A stretch of DNA of 64,000 nucleotides, taken from assembly GCA_963677595.1 (NCBI GenBank), contig OY782041.1:4128001-4192000 (forward strand). The letters are read 5' to 3'. Each line of letters begins with the position of its first letter. Position 1 is the stretch's first letter. The DNA is from Spirochaetia bacterium. Its GTDB lineage: Bacteria > Spirochaetota > Spirochaetia > CAKZLE01. The notes beneath the pieces are model-generated. The model was not told where the DNA came from, did not search any database, and saw only the letters and a program-made list of their open reading frames with translations. The translations under genes and the position numbers were made by a program. Positions 55,945 to 64,000 of this stretch are shown piece after piece.

Positions 55945-57519
55945 CTAGTGCACACCAAATGCAAATAATGAACGCCGGGTCTTTGGATAGTCCTGCATGA
56001 TCACTGCTTCTAACATCATATCCTTCAACTCTTGCTTCTTGTTCTCATATTCGGGAGTCATACAGAGGTTCCTCTGTTCTGCCCCATCATCCTCTAGGTT
56101 AAAAAGTTGTTCACCATTCGATCTTGGATAATAGGTATATCGATACTGCTTGGTCCTGATAGTACGCGCCCAATCACCTGGATCAAACTTCCTGATGGTA
56201 TTGAAGCTTTCAATGTAAGCATATGAACGTCGACGAAGAGGTTCTTCCTTGCGGCAGTATGGCAGCAGGGAGTTCCCGGGAAGAATTGGCAGTTGTTCAG
56301 GTGCCACCTGGAGATAGTCACCAATCTTCGGGAGGATTGGCATACTCGTTCCGGACATCTCCAGGACTGTTGGGCATACATCCTCAAGCTGCACTATCTC
56401 ATCCACGATCTGCCCTGACTCAAGATTCGGGTTCGAAATGATCAACGGGATCCTGATACATGCATCATAATGACGTTCCTCTTTCCCAAAGAAATGATGG
56501 TCATAAAGCAGATCTCCATGATCAGTCAACAAAACTATATAGGTGTTCTCAAGCTCACCAATCTCTTCAAGGGTATGTATAATCTTTCCAAGCTGCATAT
56601 CCAAGTGCACAAGGTCACCCAAATACACTGAGCGCTCCCACTTCCAGTTCGATACATCATCTTCTTCCTGCCGCTTGAAATATCCCGGCTGCGTTTCATC
56701 GTCAATCAGCCATTCCGCGTCATCTGGTTCGGGTATCCTGTCAACATCCACTTGATCTAAACATTCCTGGGGACAACAATAAGGTGGATGAGGTTGTACA
56801 TAACTGATATGAGCAAAGAATGGATGCCCCGCTCCATGAGCTTTCCTGATGAACTCGATCCCTTTTCGGGTGATCCAAGCCGTTTGACTGATCTCTTCCG
56901 GGAACGGCAGCGTATACGACCAATCACTGTTCTTCGGTGAAGCTTCAGTCTCCCACGTCATTTTATTAGATGCTTCCCTGCACATACCTTGAAGATCTTC
57001 CTGGTAAGGACCATAATTTGCGAATTCAGGAATCTTCCAGGCCCAGACCGTCGCAAGGACCTCAGAAAAATACTCCGGATGGTTCTCTCTCACCCACTCC
57101 AGCCACTCTCCTGCTCGAGAATCCTCTGTAACATGGGTAACATCAAAACCATATTGACGATAGTCAAAATCAAGCTTCTCAAAATGAGGACGGAAGTGAA
57201 TCTTCCCCATACCCCCAGTAAGATAACCACTTTCTTTAAGTACTTGCATGAAGGTTGGTAAGGTTTGGTCCAGATAATATCCATTCTCTAAAAGTCCATG
57301 CCCACGTGTATTTAATCCGGTTGCTATGGTCGCCCTAGCCGGCATACAAACAGGATTACTAGTAAAACAGTTGGGGAAATAGGTCCCCTGAGCTTTCAAC
57401 TTCCTCATGTTCGGTACATTGCACACCCCATCATCAACTGCAAGCTCAAACCACTTGGCAGCAAGCTGGTCTACCATAAAGAAGATAATATTTGCTGGTT
57501 TCCTTTCCTCACAAGACAT
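55945..57519 (-). CDS. Sulfatase-family hydrolase (choline-sulfatase/phosphonate monoester hydrolase-like)
   Basis: MVDQ, CMPAR motif, GKIH, PHPP, TDHG, RIPLI. Confidence 0.9.
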   Translation of the reverse strand: MSCEERKPANIIFFMVDQLAAKWFELAVDDGVCNVPNMRKLKAQGTYFPNCFTSNPVCMPARATIATGLNTRGHGLLENGYYLDQTLPTFMQVLKESGYLTGGMGKIHFRPHFEKLDFDYRQYGFDVTHVTEDSRAGEWLEWVRENHPEYFSEVLATVWAWKIPEFANYGPYQEDLQGMCREASNKMTWETEASPKNSDWSYTLPFPEEISQTAWITRKGIEFIRKAHGAGHPFFAHISYVQPHPPYCCPQECLDQVDVDRIPEPDDAEWLIDDETQPGYFKRQEEDDVSNWKWERSVYLGDLVHLDMQLGKIIHTLEEIGELENTYIVLLTDHGDLLYDHHFFGKEERHYDACIRIPLIISNPNLESGQIVDEIVQLEDVCPTVLEMSGTSMPILPKIGDYLQVAPEQLPILPGNSLLPYCRKEEPLRRRSYAYIESFNTIRKFDPGDWARTIRTKQYRYTYYPRSNGEQLFNLEDDGAEQRNLCMTPEYENKKQELKDMMLEAVIMQDYPKTRRSLFAFGVH

Positions 57520-57856
57520 ACTGGCTCCAACAGACATACACACATATATCCAGTCTTCAAATCATTGAGATACGTTATGAAAAACGAACTCACTGATTCA
57601 ACACTTTGATACTAATAAGTATAGCATAAAAATATATTTATACAATGTTTTTTTGTAACTTTGTTTCATATCTTATTTGCATACTATTTTTATCAGTTAT
57701 TTACCTTGTTAATACAGACGTTGTTTTTATGATTCGGGTATGATTACTTTGCCATCTCAGTAGGTCACGGGAAAAGGTATGAAGTACAATATCAAGGAGT
57801 GTGTGATCTCTATTCTCTACGAAAAGGCGTTTACAGAATCTCGATAGAATTGTGTC

Positions 57857-59131
57857 CTACCTACCATGAATCAATGCGTCAAAATGCTGTTCCTTGGCGA
57901 ACACTGCTTCACCAATCAGGGTTTTCTTCTGGCTGCATTCTGATAGGATGATCAATGGGGACTCTTTGAGTCCAAGTCGTGACAAGTTCACGATCTTTGA
58001 CTGAATCATCTCTAGGAACTTCTCCCCGAGTTGTGCATAATCACCTTCAAAGATAATCAGTTTCGGATCAAGGATAAGGTTCACATTCGTTATTGCTAAT
58101 GCAAACCAACCGCTAATTTCTTCTATGAGTTTATTTGCAAGTTCATCATCCTGCGAAAAAGCATACACGATATCTGAGAATGTAATCTGATAATCATCTC
58201 TGAAAAGTAAAGAATCCGGGAATATTGATTTTTGTCCTTTCACTCGGTCCAACAGACGCTCGATGGAGGTCATGCTCTCAAGACATCCGTACCCACCACA
58301 CTCGCAAACATTCTGATCACCAGGGGCAACAATGATATGCCCAATTTTCCCAGCAAGGTAGTGTTCCCCGCTGTAAAGCCTATTCTGGATAATACTACCT
58401 GATGTCACCCCATACTTACCAGCATTTATGATCATGAGCGAGTTTACACCCTGAGCCCCACCCATCGCTTTTTCCGCATGAACATTATAATGAATCCAGC
58501 TGTCAAGGTAGATAGGGATGTCTTTCCCTAGGGTTTTTATGGCAATATCTTTTATAGGGCTTTCAAACCCCCATGAAGGAAAGTGAATTGCACGAAGGCA
58601 TACCCCCCTTTCTGTATCTACAGCACCGTGAAGGGCAATAACGATTGCTATAGGTAATCTCTGATCGAATTTCTGCTCACACAGAAAGAGAAAACTTCTA
58701 ATTTCCTCAATGATATTCTCTATAGATATAGAATGAGCTATAGGTATCACACGTTCAAATTGGGATTGGATATTCATATTGAACGCTGATAGATATAAAT
58801 CACCTAAATCTATAAAACAGGAGATCACATATCCGTAATCGGGATTGAACCTGTAAATTTTTGGTTTTTTCCCACCTTCTGTCGTAGACTCCCCCTTTCC
58901 TTCAGGAAGAATGATCTGGTTATTCAGTAAGAACTCATTGATATTCAATACAGTTGTACGACTAACTTGAGCAAATTTAGCTATTTGTGTCACTGATACT
59001 ATTTGATGAGCCTGATATAAATCCAAGAGAATCTTAGAATTCCGTTCTCTGATGTTTCTTGGTCTTGCACTTTTCTTCTTCAACGAATACTCCCTGATTG
59101 TCTCAGATTTCAAACTATACAAAAGGTTCAT
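57857..59131 (-). CDS. ROK-family transcriptional regulator (XylR/NagC-like)
   Basis: N-terminal HTH, GGKKP, AGKIGH...CECGGYGCLE. Confidence 0.92.
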   Translation of the reverse strand: MNLLYSLKSETIREYSLKKKSARPRNIRERNSKILLDLYQAHQIVSVTQIAKFAQVSRTTVLNINEFLLNNQIILPEGKGESTTEGGKKPKIYRFNPDYGYVISCFIDLGDLYLSAFNMNIQSQFERVIPIAHSISIENIIEEIRSFLFLCEQKFDQRLPIAIVIALHGAVDTERGVCLRAIHFPSWGFESPIKDIAIKTLGKDIPIYLDSWIHYNVHAEKAMGGAQGVNSLMIINAGKYGVTSGSIIQNRLYSGEHYLAGKIGHIIVAPGDQNVCECGGYGCLESMTSIERLLDRVKGQKSIFPDSLLFRDDYQITFSDIVYAFSQDDELANKLIEEISGWFALAITNVNLILDPKLIIFEGDYAQLGEKFLEMIQSKIVNLSRLGLKESPLIILSECSQKKTLIGEAVFAKEQHFDALIHGR

Positions 59132-59334
59132 AGAATAACTGCATATAGGCTTTTTGTTACTTTTAAATAGAGATCTATTCTAGTTATTGTATCATAAACC
59201 TGAAACAATTAAAATACTTATATAACTTTGTTACATATCTAGCTATATATATGGCTCAACATAATTTCTTGTGAAATTTGTAGTGACGGCAGGATCTCCG
59301 GGTTTTTTGCTTCATCCCTCTCCCAGACGCAGCA

Positions 59335-59377
59335 AGACCTCCCGTGAAGGGAGGTCTGTGTTGAGGCCGAAGGGCCT
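59335..59377 (-). terminator. Stem-loops downstream of the rrn operon
   Basis: AGACCTCCC-gtgaa-GGGAGGTCT and AGGCC-gaag-GGCCT hairpins just 3' of the 5S gene. Confidence 0.5.
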
Positions 59378-59388
59378 GAAAAAGAAAA

Positions 59389-59502
<114 letters not shown>

Positions 59503-59584
59503 TTAATTATTGCTTCATCTCACCGGTACTGCATCGCTGCACATACCGATGTAACAAAACAACTAAAGAATTATAGAATAATAT

Positions 59585-62570
<2,986 letters not shown>

Positions 62571-62780
62571 ATATTATCCTATAATCCTTCTCTATTACCT
62601 TCTTCCAAAGGTCTACCATCCGTCACTCCCGTGACAAACAGGCTATGTCAATCGGCAAATTCTCATTTACCGTCTGGAGAATTCTCGTTGAGGATTCTTC
62701 CAAGCTGAGTACTCTCAGCAGAGTACCTTGTCATGAAGAATACTAAAAAAGTATTCTTCCAAGACTTGTACTCAAGTCAA

Positions 62781-62854
62781 TGGAGGCATGGGGATTCGAA
62801 CCCCAGACCCTCGGCTTGCAAAGCCGATGCTCTAGCCAGCTGAGCTATGCCCCC
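62781..62854 (-). tRNA. tRNA-Ala(TGC), CCA not encoded
   Basis: Cloverleaf GGGGGCA...TGCCTCCA with G3:U70, anticodon TGC, in the 16S-23S spacer. Confidence 0.96.
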
Positions 62855-63051
62855 GTATAGAAAAAGGAAAAGAGACGAGGTAACCGTAAGGGTTTGGCGA
62901 GATTACTCGCCTTGTGACAACCTGTTACGGCTGCCACTGTCCTACGGACATTGACAAGGATACTCGCAGTGCGAGTTTCCTCATCTTGGTTGAAGGTCAG
63001 GAGTGAAGCTCCTTCCCCTCTGGACTGTACATCGAGTCCACCCTTTCTTAC

Positions 63052-64000
<949 letters not shown>

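Overview
Bacterial chromosome segment, most likely Spirochaetia (Sphaerochaeta/Spirochaeta-like). This is inferred from the 16S/23S sequence and from 'VFAxGxxE' signal peptides on the solute-binding proteins. Left to right: (1) the tail of a xanthine-dehydrogenase-type locus plus a BMP/nucleoside-type ABC transporter (1-5.9 kb); (2) a ~40 kb catabolic island (6-46 kb); (3) a DeaD helicase preceded by a stand-alone 5S rRNA gene with its own predicted promoter; (4) three housekeeping-type genes; (5) an AT-richer sulfatase/sugar-ABC/ROK island (51-59 kb); (6) an rRNA operon on the minus strand (partial 16S, tRNA-Ala, 23S, 5S). The island encodes five FolB/dihydroneopterin-aldolase-like T-fold proteins, two 4-oxalocrotonate-tautomerase-like proteins, two UbiD decarboxylases plus UbiX, two AOR-family oxidoreductases, an ALDH, an Fe-ADH, four iron-sulfur flavoproteins, two COG0402 deaminases, an orphan XDH Mo subunit, a GH3 glycosidase, three ABC importers, a MATE and three regulators. 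Main hypothesis (inference): the island is an undescribed anaerobic pteridine (pterin/lumazine, possibly pterin-glycoside) degradation pathway. The best sequence-level support is that all five FolB-like proteins have Gln in place of the Glu that anchors the 2-amino-pterin ring, and that no folK, folP or folE is present in the window.
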